From Zootoca vivipara (taxonomy: Eukaryota): 64,000 bases of DNA. The stretch's first letter is position 1. Every line of letters begins with the position of its first letter. The position numbers and the translations under genes are program-made. The DNA is taken from assembly GCF_963506605.1 (NCBI RefSeq), contig NC_083278.1:75206001-75270000 (forward strand), given 5' to 3'. This document shows, one piece after another, positions 52,782 to 64,000 of the stretch. The notes under the pieces were generated by a model that was not told where the DNA came from, did not search any database, and saw only the letters and a program-made list of their open reading frames with translations.

Positions 52782-53275
52782 TTGTACCCTGGGTTTCCCC
52801 AGCCACTCTGGGCGGCTTCCAACAAAGATTAAAAATACATTAAAATGTCACACATTAAAAACTTCCCTGAACAGGGCTGCCTCCAGATGTCTTCTAAATG
52901 TCAGGTAGTTATTTATCTCTTTGACATCTGATGGGAGGGTGTTCCACAGGGCAGGTGCCACTACTGAGAAGGCCCTCTGTCTGGTTCCCTGTAACCTCAG
53001 TTCTTGCCATGAGGGAACCGCCAGAAGGCCCTTGGCGCTGGACCTCAGTGTCTGGGCAGAATGATGGGGGTGGAGACGCTCATTCAGGTATACTGGGCCG
53101 AGGCCGTTTAGGGCTTTAAAGGTCAGCACCAACACTTTGAATTGTGCTTGGAAATGTACTGGGAGCCATTGTAGGTCTTTCAGGACTGGTGTTATATGGT
53201 CTCGACGGCCGCTCCCAGCTACCTGTCTAGCTGCTGCATTCTGGATTAGTTGTAGTTTCCGGGTCACCTTCAAAG
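52782..53275 (-). mobile_element. L2-type LINE 3' end
   Basis: Open frame LQLIQNAAAR...HITPVLKDLQWLPV...FKVLVLTFKALNGLGP...RAFSVVAPALWNTLP; 3' UTR gccgcccagagtggctggggaaacc also seen at 13036-13075. Confidence 0.9.
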
Positions 53276-54599
53276 GTAAATGATAAACCCATGATTTGCC
53301 ATTTTGCACACAAATCTTCCCAAGCCTTGGGTATACATGCCCAATCCTCATATGAAGGAAAAGTAAAGGGGAAAAGATCAAGATATTCCACTTTCACTTT
53401 TGAATCAAACTGTATAGAGTTTAATATCCTGGTTTGTTTTGAACTAACCACAGAACAAACCACAGCTGCTTGAAGTCAAACGTATCATGGAACTGTCATA
53501 AGTTAAAAACTGAAAGTGGAAACTTTTGAACTTGTATGTGTGAAGAAGGTGCACGTTATGTTAATTATATGACTTTAAAACAAACACAAACCCTCTTACT
53601 GCAGCTGTCATCTGGTTCATGACACGTTTCCAAGGTGTCTCTTGAGGCTGAACAGGTTGTCCATCCCTGACATGAACTGATGATGTTTTCAGCAGATGGA
53701 CTTCTAATCCTTGCCCCCCCAAATGCCCTTGAATGTGCAACATGAAACATAGGTTTTACCCAGCACAGCTATGTACATATTTTCTCAGAAGCAAGTCCTG
53801 GTGACTTCAGTGGGCCTTGATTCCAGGTAAGTAGGTATAGGATTGCAGCCACATAATACTAATAGCATTTAGCAATTACATTTCAAGCAGCTCTACAAAC
53901 GTGGATAACACAAACATTCATGGTTCTGTTGAACTCTGTATAGCACTTTGTTGTAAATTCTTGCAGTTTTTGTTGACTGTGGATACAAATTCAAGTTTAC
54001 AAGTGGGGATATCGAACCAATTGTGGTGGAGAAGCAGAAGTGGAGACTGAACAACTGGCACCTGCTGTCTTAGACACTTAAATTCTGACACATGTTCATG
54101 CATGCTTGCATTCACATATGTGTACATTACACTGGACATAAAAACAAGTATGATTGATGGAGGGGGTGAGTGAGCTCCTTTCTTTGGTCTCCTCACCCAC
54201 TTCATATTAATTCCTCCACCCATCTGCTCTCCCGATTCAAGGGAGGGAGAAACTTTTGTATTTCCAGATGTTCCTGCACTACAACTCTCACCATCTGCGA
54301 ACTTTTGCTCCAGGATTGATGAGAGCTGGAATCCAACATCTGGCCACAGGTCCCATATCCCTGTCCTATTTGGAATGGTGGTAGTGATTTCTGCCACTTT
54401 TGAAAACGAGTAAATCTCAGAACAAAACTTCAGTTTCCTCTTATAGATAGGAGCCAGTGGGAGAAATTGTCCCAGTGCATGTATGTGTGTTATGCAATCT
54501 TTCTAGAGGTGTTGTAAACTGGTGTGTTGATACACTGGTATACAGAGGATATTTATACCACCTTGCAGAGGCGGCTAAGTTACTGTGCCGCTTCCTGTT

Positions 54600-56550
54600 T
54601 TGCCTCCCTCATTCACAGACAATTTAAGGACGCCGAGGGGGAGTGGCACAGGCCTGCAACGTCAGCCGGTCTGCGCCAAACGGGAAAGCGCTCTCTGTGT
54701 ACACGTGTATGCTTGAGAAGGGCATTTTCCGCATAAAAAGGCTTCTCTAGCCGTTCCTGCAGGATGCGCATCGGTTGTGACAAACAGCGTCGGGCAAGGA
54801 GGACATCCTGCTTACAGCACGCCCGAAAGGTGCGTGCACCCAGCACTGAATGTACATTACCATGCAGTCGGCGTGTACACACCCTAGACTTCTTGAGACG
54901 GCTCTTCTCTCCCCTGCCTGGCAAGGTTCCCCCAAAAGAAGACCTTTTGTGCATTTAACAGCGGCGTGATCAGAAGCCCAACAAACAACAGGCGTGCCCC
55001 ACTTCAACCAGTGCGGCGACGAGGAAAGCCTCTCCTGCTGGTTTTCTGCCTGCGGAAGACGCAGGAGCCCCGACAGAAGCGGGGAGAGAGCGGCAAGCCT
55101 ACCAGCCAGTTGCGCGCGGGGGCGTGTACGCGCGTGCATACACATACATATATGCATCTGTCTCCTTTCCCTGCTAACTGGGCTTCCCTCGATAACGAGC
55201 CACGCTTGTCCCTCTCGCTCGCTGCCTCTGCACGTCGACATGCAGCTCTTCTCTGCGCCGGGCGGGCCCGTCCTCCCCCGCGCACGGTATGGAGGAGGGA
55301 GAGGCCGCGGGAACGCGCGCGCGCACGCCTTGATTGCTTGCCTGGCTGCGCGCGCGAGCCGCCAGAGGGCGGCGCTGCGCCTCAGGTTTCCTTTGCAGAG
55401 GGAGCCAGCCGGCTGCAGCATCACCTGCAGTAGCGGGGGAGCCGCCGAGGAGCTCCTCCCCCGCTGCCCCTGTTAATCACAGCTCCCCCCTTCTCCCCTC
55501 CACGCACTCGCGCGGAAGGGAACTGAGGCTGGGCTGCCCATCTGCTGCAGAGAGAAAAGCGGCGCCGGCTGGGCTCCGGGCGGTCCCGTCTCACTTTCCT
55601 TTCCCCTCCACCACCAGCTCGGCGTGGGAGCCTCTTCTTGCTCAGTTGGCAGCCCTTCTCCCTCCTTCCCCGGCGGCAGTGCCGCCTCCTGCTACTGCCG
55701 TCGCACCACCTGCCGACCCCGGGCAACGGAGGCGGCAGCAGCAGCAGCAGCGCCCGGGAGGCGAGCGAGAGCGGCGGCGCAGCGCTATGGCTGAAGCGGG
55801 CGAAGGCGAGGACGAGATCCAGTTCCTGCGAACTGTAAGCACCTCGCTTGCCTTGCCTTTCCCCCCTCGCCTCAGTGCGGACGGCGGCGTATTGTTGGTG
55901 CTGCTGGTGGGACGCCGGGGAGGGGGCAGACTTTGTGTCCGGCGGCGGGAGGGCGTCGAGGCGGGAGCCTCGTGGGGCAGCGACGGGGGCGGGGGGAGAA
56001 CGGTGGGGTCCGGCGGGAGGGAGGACCCACCGACAGGCGTTTCGCGAGTAGACAAGCTTTGCGTGACGAGCATCCCGAGTACCTGAGGGGGCCCCCTCCC
56101 CTCGCGCCTGTCTCGGAGGTGGGAGGGGGCTGTGGCGGGAACCGGCTGAGGGGTTTCGCCCGGCTCACCTGTGCCTGGGGTGGGTGGGTGGGGGTGTCGT
56201 CTCGGGGCAGTTTTTCAGCAAATGAACCTGCCGCAGCACATGCGTTCTGCCGGGTGGGGTGGGATGTTTCGTGGGAAGTTTAATAAATGACAAGTCTGTG
56301 GGTTCGGGAATGAGAAATAGCCCCGGTTGACCGCCCCCTTTCCTAGAAGAGGAGCAGTACGCTGAGGAGACGGCTCGGGTGGCCGTGGAAAGGTGCCCCA
56401 CCGACCTATGTGTGGGCCTGGCGGGGTGGCGAGCAGGGTGCTGTTCGGGGCGGATGGGGAGCAAGGTTCACCCCCCCTCCCCGAGCTTACTCTGCGGTGA
56501 CGAGGGAATGAGTCGCAGTCAGGCGCTTTTGGTGTGTTTGTCTCTTCTCT
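54600..56550. promoter_or_regulatory. CpG island / RYR2 promoter and first exon region
   Basis: Abrupt rise in GC and CpG density against the CpG-depleted surroundings; GC boxes; surrounds the RYR2 start codon. Boundaries are approximate. Confidence 0.9.
55787..55834 (+). CDS. RYR2: Ryanodine receptor 2, coding exon 1 (48 bp)
   Basis: Strong Kozak gctATGG; MAEAGEGEDEIQFLRT|gtaagc matches the RyR N-terminus. The paralogue is assigned from the known MTR-RYR2 synteny. Confidence 0.95.
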
Positions 56551-59500
56551 TTCTTTCTCTCCCCCCCCCCACTCACCCCTTGGGCATGAGGAACCCTCCC
56601 CTTGGGTATGATCTACTGCTAGCAAGTGATCAGGGGCAGGTTATGGGGACTCCCGAGTGAATACCCTTCTCTCTCCCCCCCCCCCGCCCAGCCCACACTC
56701 GTTCCTCCCTCCCTCTGATCTGGTTCTGGGTACTGCAGATATGCCACCGAGCAACGTTGCTCAGCCAGAAAGCTGCAACAGTATTATTTCCTGGCAAAAG
56801 CAAGCGAGAGGGGCGGGCGGGAGGGAGCGAGGGATGGACTGGAGAGGCATCCAGCTCTTGTCTCTGAAGAATTGTTAGTGATCATGTGTTGGTGGCAGCA
56901 GCCCATGTTCTTAAATTGAAAGCATTTCAAACTGCTGAACCATTACTTTCCTGTATATGGTCTTGTGTTAAGACTGCAGTTATGGGGTTTTTTTGGGGGG
57001 GGGGAATAGGTCTCTGGATAATAACTGTTTTTGCTAAGATGTCCCAAGTGATTTTTAGGCAAACAAGCCTAAGCAAGGCTTTTGCAAATGCATTTATATA
57101 GTTCTGGGAATAACCTGATTTAGTACTGGATATTTACAGACAATGGAAAGGGTGTGATGTTGCATTGGTTTCATTTTTATATAATCTGGTTGGTATTGAA
57201 AAGAGTGGCATACATGAAACTGTGAAAAATAAGGAGAAACAAACCATGCCACTGATATTTTGTTTTGGCTGTCACATTGCTACAGAAATTAGAGGTGCTG
57301 ATTTGGAAATTTTTGTTTTGCTATATCCTCATTGAGGGATTCCTTGCACGCCTGTCTGTAAATGAATATTTATGTTCCAGCATCATCAGTTTAGTTATTA
57401 TGAATGTTAACAGTGCAAAAATAAAACAAGAAACTTTTCCTTTTCTAAACATGTCTGTTTATAAGATACTAGATGAAAGCTCAGTAATCAAAAACAAATA
57501 ACGGATTTACGTAGGTGATGCTGTTTTATTCCCCACTGTTCTCATTGGCCCAAATATTCTGGAAGGCTTATGCAATTACAGGTTTGTTGCAGGTTTAAAC
57601 CTGAGTGAAAACCATGGAGTTGAATACTTAACAGGGAGACACTAGTAACGTGCATGCTTATGTCTATAGACATATAAAGTAATGTTCAAGCAACAGCGCT
57701 TGACAGCAAAAGCGCATTACGTAAAACCACTCTTCTGGTTATATGTGTTGAGCTGGAACTAAAGATCTGGAAATCCCAGCCAGGGATTATCTTTTTAAAA
57801 TCCTCAGAATGTTTCATTGGTAACATTAATGACCTTCAAGGGGACAAATACAAGCAGTAGGAAGATTTTAATGTAGGATTCCCAGAGGCCTGTGCAAAAT
57901 GTGAATTCCTAATAGAAAACGAGGGCTCCCTTTGTTCCCTTCTTTAATCTCACAATTTATTTGTTTGTGCCATGGATCAGTTTAACTACAGCACGAAAAA
58001 AACATTTGTTGTGCCATGATGCTCTAGTAGTATTAAAATGGCACGTAGCAGCACTGCAATGGCATAAACACATTTTTCTATGACGTAGATCCTATTGTAT
58101 AATTTTTCAAACTGTTCCAGATGCATTTTTTTTATACCTTCAGCATAGTTATGGTTAATGATCCTGGGTTTAAATGCCATCTCACCTGTTGATTCACTGT
58201 GTGGCTTTGGATGTGTCCCAAACTGCAGTCTCTTCTTTGCAGAAGAAGACGGGTGGAGCTTGCAGGCCTAGGAATGGCAATGGCTTGTTCTTGTGATGCT
58301 AAACCATGGTTCAAGCATTACATCAAAACATGTCAGTGATAAGGGTTTTCCAGAATTTTTGAATCTGATTTTTTTTGGGGGGGACTGGGGATTCTCCAAA
58401 AATTCTCCAGGGAAAATACCTGGAATTATTGGTTCTCAAACTCCCCCCCCTCCCCATGACCACCTGAAAATGGCTGAGAGTCTTGGTGGACAACTTAATG
58501 TTTTTTCTGCCTGCCATAGCAATTGTAGTTCCATAGAAGCCAATGTGTAAATACAATATAAATAATAAATAAAACAAGCAATCAAAACAAAATTAGAAAT
58601 CAGTATGAATATTCTGTGTGATGGATGTGCCCATCTTCAGCCACAAATCCACAGACACATCATGGAATACTGGAATGAAAGTTGTGGGCCACTGGTGGCC
58701 CATGGATCAGTGTTTGGGAATCCCTGCCCTAAATGGATGGAAATCTCATTTAACAAGCTCATTGGACTACTTAGCAGACAAAACTAAAAAGTACACCCTG
58801 CTAATCTTCTGCTCCGTATAAACATATCTGGAGGGTTGTCTGGAGAGCCGGACATATTTGGACTGAAACATTTGAGGGGGAAATTCAGAAAAGCCTCCAT
58901 GTCAAAAGGATAAAATGGTGTCATGATGTAACAGGTCATACATGGGATGTTTATATTCCAATATTAATTGACATATGCCCTGTATTTTGCTTATGATTAT
59001 AAACTATCACTTGTGAATAAATCTTACGAATAAAAATGTGTTAGCTTGAGTTGCAGTGAAATAGTTCTAATTTAGATCATTGTAATTTATATTTTATAGG
59101 ACTATCATTTTTAGAATGTTCTGAAATGACGGAGGCTACAAGATTATATAGAAGTGGATTCTATTGAAATAAATGGGACAGTCTATTCAGCAATAACATC
59201 CATCCTAAGCATGCTTTTTCTATACTCTTTTTTCTACATTATAAACATTTCTACTCATAAGTTTTTTGTTTTTTTTAGTGTGCTTGCTTGGTATGCTTTT
59301 GAACATGATTGCAGGAAGCCATGTCTTATATAAACTGGCTGCCTGAATTTTATAATAATGTGTTCTCTCATTCTTAAAGCAGAGGCTTTCCCATTTTTGA
59401 CATGTTTTGGAAACATGATTCGAATGGCTATATCTGTATGGAGTTTTTTTTATGCTTATACATTGTAAATTTCCATTCATCAGTAAGGTGTAACTTGGAG

Positions 59501-60531
59501 GCTGCAATCCTGGAGCCCATCAAATTTAGTGGAGTTTGCTTTTGAGTAGACATAGAACTGCACTATATACTGTATTCCTTTTAATTTGTTGAATAGCTGA
59601 GTTTCTTTTGATAATGGAAGTACAGGGGAGGGAAATGATACTCTAGCCCCCACAGCATCCAAAGATTTGTTTTCTCATAGCAGAATGCAGGATTCACATC
59701 TAGCATACTTATACAAAACAACAACAAAACCCCTTCCTCAACTAATAAAAAGCAGGCAATGTCCTCCAATAATTAAATGTAAGATTTATGTTGTTGCTTT
59801 CCGTTTTGTAAAATTAAACGATTAGTGGTAGGTATATATTTCTATTGGTATGAGGTAGTGAAGTTCTGCTACATATGAAAAACTGCCTACAGGCTAATTT
59901 ACAAGCAAAGCTTGTGCTTGTGGGTACTTATTATTCTCTAAATGTAACCTTCTGGAAAATACTGCACAAATCTTTGGAAAGACCCTCAAGCTGCCAATAT
60001 AGTGTGCCCTTTACTGTGACACTGCTGAAGGGATTATCTATGTGGTTTATCTGATGATCTCCTAGTACAGCAATGCTGGAGAAAGTGAACTGTGCGTGCC
60101 TCCTAAGGTGCATTTTACTTTCATTCCGGTCATGTGAAAGATAAATCTAAATTGTTTCTTTATATATTGCTGAAGTTTAAATATCAGACTGTAGTCCAGA
60201 GAGTTGGGTCATCTTAAACTGTTACTGATTTAAAAAATTAAAATAACTGGGTTTGCCACTTGGTAAATAGTGTGTCCAACTTAGCTTGTGCAGTAGAAAA
60301 GAAAAAAATGTATGTCATTAGCTGAGAAACTGCTATGACCTCATAGGATCCTTATTTATTTATTCCTGCTTGCGGGTTCATGTAAGAATTTGAAAATTAG
60401 GGTTCATTAAAAAGCAAAACAAAAACACCTCTAGCTGTGTTAACCTTAACTTTCATCCAGTTTTCTGGGGTGAAAAACTTTTCATTGTGCACTTTTCATA
60501 CAGGTACACCTAGAAGTTAGTCATTCTAGTA

Positions 60532-60780
60532 CAGGGGTAGGCAACCTAAGGCCCGTGGGCCGGATCTGGCCCACTTGCCTTCTCAATTCGGCCCACAGAC
60601 GGTCCGGAAATCAGCGTTTTTACATGAGCAGAATGTGTCCTTTTATTAAAAATGCATCTCTGGGTTATTTGTGGGGCATAGGAATCCGTTCATTTCCCCC
60701 CCAAAAAATATAGTCTGGCCCCCCACAAGGTCTGAGGGACAGTGGGCCGCCCCACAGCTGAAAAAGGTTGCTGACCCCTG
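60532..60780 (+). mobile_element. hAT MITE (249 bp)
   Basis: caggggt...acccctg TIRs; 8-bp TSD TTCTAGTA. Confidence 0.92.
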
Positions 60781-61342
60781 TTCTAGTACATTGTCCCAAG
60801 CTGTCACCTGAACTATGTCTGCAAATTTTAGCCAGTTACCACTTACCACCTTCCTTCTGGAAGCCAAAAACCTGAGGAACAACATACGTGTACTGGAGAA
60901 ATGCATTGATTTTTTGCATTGGGATGTGTTTATTACCCCCAGCAGTCCATGGAGGAGTGTGTCTTAGTTCACAGTATTTTCATAATATGTTTTATTTTAA
61001 ATATAGTTTTGGTTGTTTGTAATTGTTTGTATCTGAAAACAAAAGCCATGGCTTATTCAAGGAAGAGAAATTGTATGGGTGGGTTGTTGAAGAAACAATG
61101 GTGCTGATGGCTAGCCATTAGCCCCTCAATGGAAGTCATCAACCAGGCACAAGGCTCTTCCAGGCCCACTGAGGTTGCCAGGGTAACAGAGAGGCGTGAT
61201 GTCACCACAGGAAGAGAGCCACATACTGGCTGGCTGGAGAAGCTGTTACAGAGAGAGAGAGAGACAAGGGGATGATGCTTAGGATGTCTCCGAATCCAGT
61301 GCTGCACTGCTGGGAAGGACAAGCCCTTCTCAGGATGTAAAC

Positions 61343-61592
61343 CAGGGGTCAGCAGACTTTTTCAGCAGGGGGCTGGTCCACTGTCCCTCAGACCTTGTGG
61401 GGGTCCAGACTGTATTTTGAAAATAAAAATGAACAAATTCATATGTCCCACAAATAACCCAGAGATGCATTTTAAATGAAAGGACACATTTTACTCATGT
61501 AAAAATACACTGATTCCCGGACAATCCACGAGCCGGATTTAGAAGGCGGTTGGGCCGGATCCGGCCCCTGGGCCTTAGTTTGCATACCCATG
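61343..61592 (-). mobile_element. hAT MITE, same family, inverted orientation
   Basis: Reverse-complement homology to 60532-60780; 8-bp TSD ATGTAAAC. Confidence 0.9.
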
Positions 61593-62094
61593 ATGTAAAC
61601 TCTCCCTTCATAATACTTGGGTGTAAATATGTGAGAATAAGCCGTATTTCTAAGACACTGCAGACTCTGCTGCACCTCATTTCCCACAAGGGAACAAAAA
61701 CTCTGCTTAAGTGCCAAGATCCCTGGGATCTCTTGCTACTGCTTGGCAGATATTGGGGAGGCCTGTAGCAATGTAATGTGATTGAGAAGAGACATGGCAA
61801 ACTTCAGCTGCAATATTGGGGTGGGGAAATGAAATATTCAGATAAATTGTATTGAGACAGAATATGGAAGGTGATGTAGGTTGCTGAGGGAGATCCCTGG
61901 AAGTTGGACAGGGATGCCTTCCAGAAGCAGATACCATTGATGTCGCCTCTGCCTGATTTTGGAGGGTTCCCCCTACCTTTTCACAATAGCGCTCTGCATT
62001 CAGTAGTGTCCCTGACCTTCAGTGAAGTCTCCCACATTCCCTCCTCTGAATGCCTCTGCGATTTCTTTCTACATCTCAAAACCACGCTCAACAT

Positions 62095-62154
62095 TTTGGC
62101 CAGTGGGTAATAGTTCCCAGTACAGTTTGGCCAGTGGGTAATAGTTCCCAGTAC
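62095..62154. repeat. Tandem duplication, period 31 bp
   Basis: tttggccagtgggtaatagttcccagtac at 62095-62123 and 62126-62154. Confidence 0.9.
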
Positions 62155-64000
62155 TTTTTTTGGCCTGGCGTTTTGGCACCCAAGTGTGATTCTGTGGAAT
62201 ATTTTTTTCCCTTTTAAGTTTTCTATTTTATCAGACTTTGTGACGTTTTTTTGGACATTCAAGGCAGTGCCATTCCCAATCAGCCCTTCTCTCTGTATAT
62301 TATCATTCCCACAAGAGATTTCTCTGTTGATTTGTAGGGGCAAACTGCTGCCAGCAATGTAGCAGCCTGTGTGGGGGACCTGTAGTGGATGCCAATTTGC
62401 TACTGAGCCAAGCTCGAGGAATTGGTTACTTGAGAGGCAAACTTTACCCTTCTATATCCAGTAGGAGAGCCCCTAGACTACCAGAAATCTGCTCCACACT
62501 AACTCTGAGCAGGGACTTCATTGTGGCTGTTTGGTGAAACTGCATCCCTGTTAAGATAGGACTTGTGCTCACCATTTGTACTTTCCAGGAACAATTGAAG
62601 ACCTTGTTTCTGCAAGCTTTCTCAGCTGCGTTTGGTGGTATTTTGCATTGTTTTTAAACCTATTTTTCATTTTCTCTTATTTCTTTAAAGCTATTTGTAA
62701 TTGTTTTTATGTAAGTTGCCTTGAGGCTGGTATGGAAAGTGATTCATAAATTAATAAAATAATGATGTTTATGTTTTTGAACCCTAATTTTTTATTCATT
62801 TGTTTTGTAGACCTTCCTTGCTTCACCAATTAAACAAACATGGTAGCTAATTCCCTATATTTATGTATTTATACTGTTTCTTCAATCACTTAAAAATATT
62901 ACTGGTGGGGAGGATGAATCCCAGTAGGCTAGAATTCAGTAAATGCCCATACCATTGTGATACATTTTATGTACTTTAAAAAGTTTATTATAGCTACTAC
63001 TGACTGGAGAAGAACTACACAGCATATAGGTGAGAAGATTTACGGTATATTCCCTGGTGACTAGAGGCATCTGTGTTTGTAAACTCTCTAATCCTGTATG
63101 ATAATACTGCATCTAATTTTCAAATCTTCAGGAACTGACAGGGAAGATTTATTGTTGGTGTACATGTTTGTTTGTGTAAGAAAGCTTTTAACTTTTTGGT
63201 TTACAAGTTTAAGTGCATGTAGTCTAGAGGTGACTTCTTTTAAGTGGAGCAATGATGGGAGATTGAGGTTAAAAACAAGTCCATTTCAGGCATTGGATCT
63301 ACTTGTATTCAAATAATATGGGGAGCAGGAGCCATGCTGTCTTTCTGGAACGATAGGGCAGTATGGGTGCAGCCTCCAATTACAAATTCAGTGAAGATCA
63401 GCTGAGGGTCCTTTGCCAGGAAGCATCCAATCCACCAGCATCTTGGCTGGAAGGGAAAGAAAAATCAGCTGCTTCAGGAGTGTATTCCTTCCTCAAACTC
63501 CAGAGCCTTGGAACTACCAGGGAGGACAACAATTAAGGGTTTCAAAGTTCATTGTAGGAAGAAACTTAAATGTTGATGATACTGAAATAGGCTGTAATTA
63601 AAGGGAATGAAAGGGAAAATAAGAACCATCTTAAGTATAGCATTCATTTGCACTTTTCTATAAATAGCTGTTTGTTTACAGGCAAATAACTGATTTCTTT
63701 GAGGTCAGTGTTGTTCTTTAATGATCTACTTCCACGTTCACAGAAGTGGTGGTTAACGTTTCAGTGAAACACTTGCAGCAGCCGTTGTTCAGCTGGTGTG
63801 TTTAACATTTAATAAGTTTGCAATTGCTTTGATCAGGACCTACTTTATGATTTATGGTAGATCTTATTGAAAGGAAGCCAACATTACAGTTCTTGTTAAG
63901 GATATGAACTTCATGATATTCTGGTGGATTAAAGGTATTCAACAGTGCAGTTTTATGCATGTTTGTTTACAAGTAAGTTCCCTGATGTTCAAAGCCACTT

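Noticed and set aside
54524-56660. Many long overlapping ORFs (up to 250 aa) on both strands
   Set aside because: Expected from stop-codon scarcity in a CpG island; only the 16-codon RYR2 exon has recognisable homology and a splice donor.
62095-62165. Repeated 29-mer that could suggest a CRISPR-like array
   Set aside because: Only two adjacent copies with a 2-bp gap and no spacers, in vertebrate DNA; a simple tandem duplication, like those at ~1437-1473 and ~14588-14621.
55835-64000. Further RYR2 exons
   Set aside because: No sequence encoding the expected continuation (DDEVVLQC-like) was seen; RYR2 intron 1 is typically very long.

Overview
Vertebrate genomic DNA, most likely from a squamate reptile and probably a lacertid lizard (inferred from Sauria/Squam-type SINEs, Bov-B and the MITE families). 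Bases 697-31477 (+) hold 22 consecutive coding exons of cobalamin-dependent methionine synthase (MTR). These correspond to human exons 12-33 (numbering recalled, not aligned) and splice into one open frame ending at TAA 31475-31477; intron 21 is GC-AG. About 24 kb downstream, a CpG island (~54600-56550) contains coding exon 1 of RYR2 (MAEAGEGEDEIQFLRT, 55787-55834), matching the conserved MTR-RYR2 synteny. The rest of the window is the start of RYR2 intron 1. Introns and intergenic DNA are rich in transposons: hAT and Tc1/mariner MITEs with target-site duplications (TSDs), Bov-B, L2, CR1, Penelope-like ends, SINEs and possible solo LTRs. There is one 171-N assembly gap. I found no wholly new gene system. 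The three most notable non-obvious signals are: (i) a near-intact minimal hammerhead ribozyme motif in a sense-oriented Penelope-like end in MTR intron 16; (ii) an 82-bp duplicate of the MTR exon 19 acceptor that has gained a GT donor, defining a candidate 16-nt frameshifting (poison) microexon; (iii) a near-perfect MITE hairpin in the putative MTR 3' UTR. All coordinates were read by eye.
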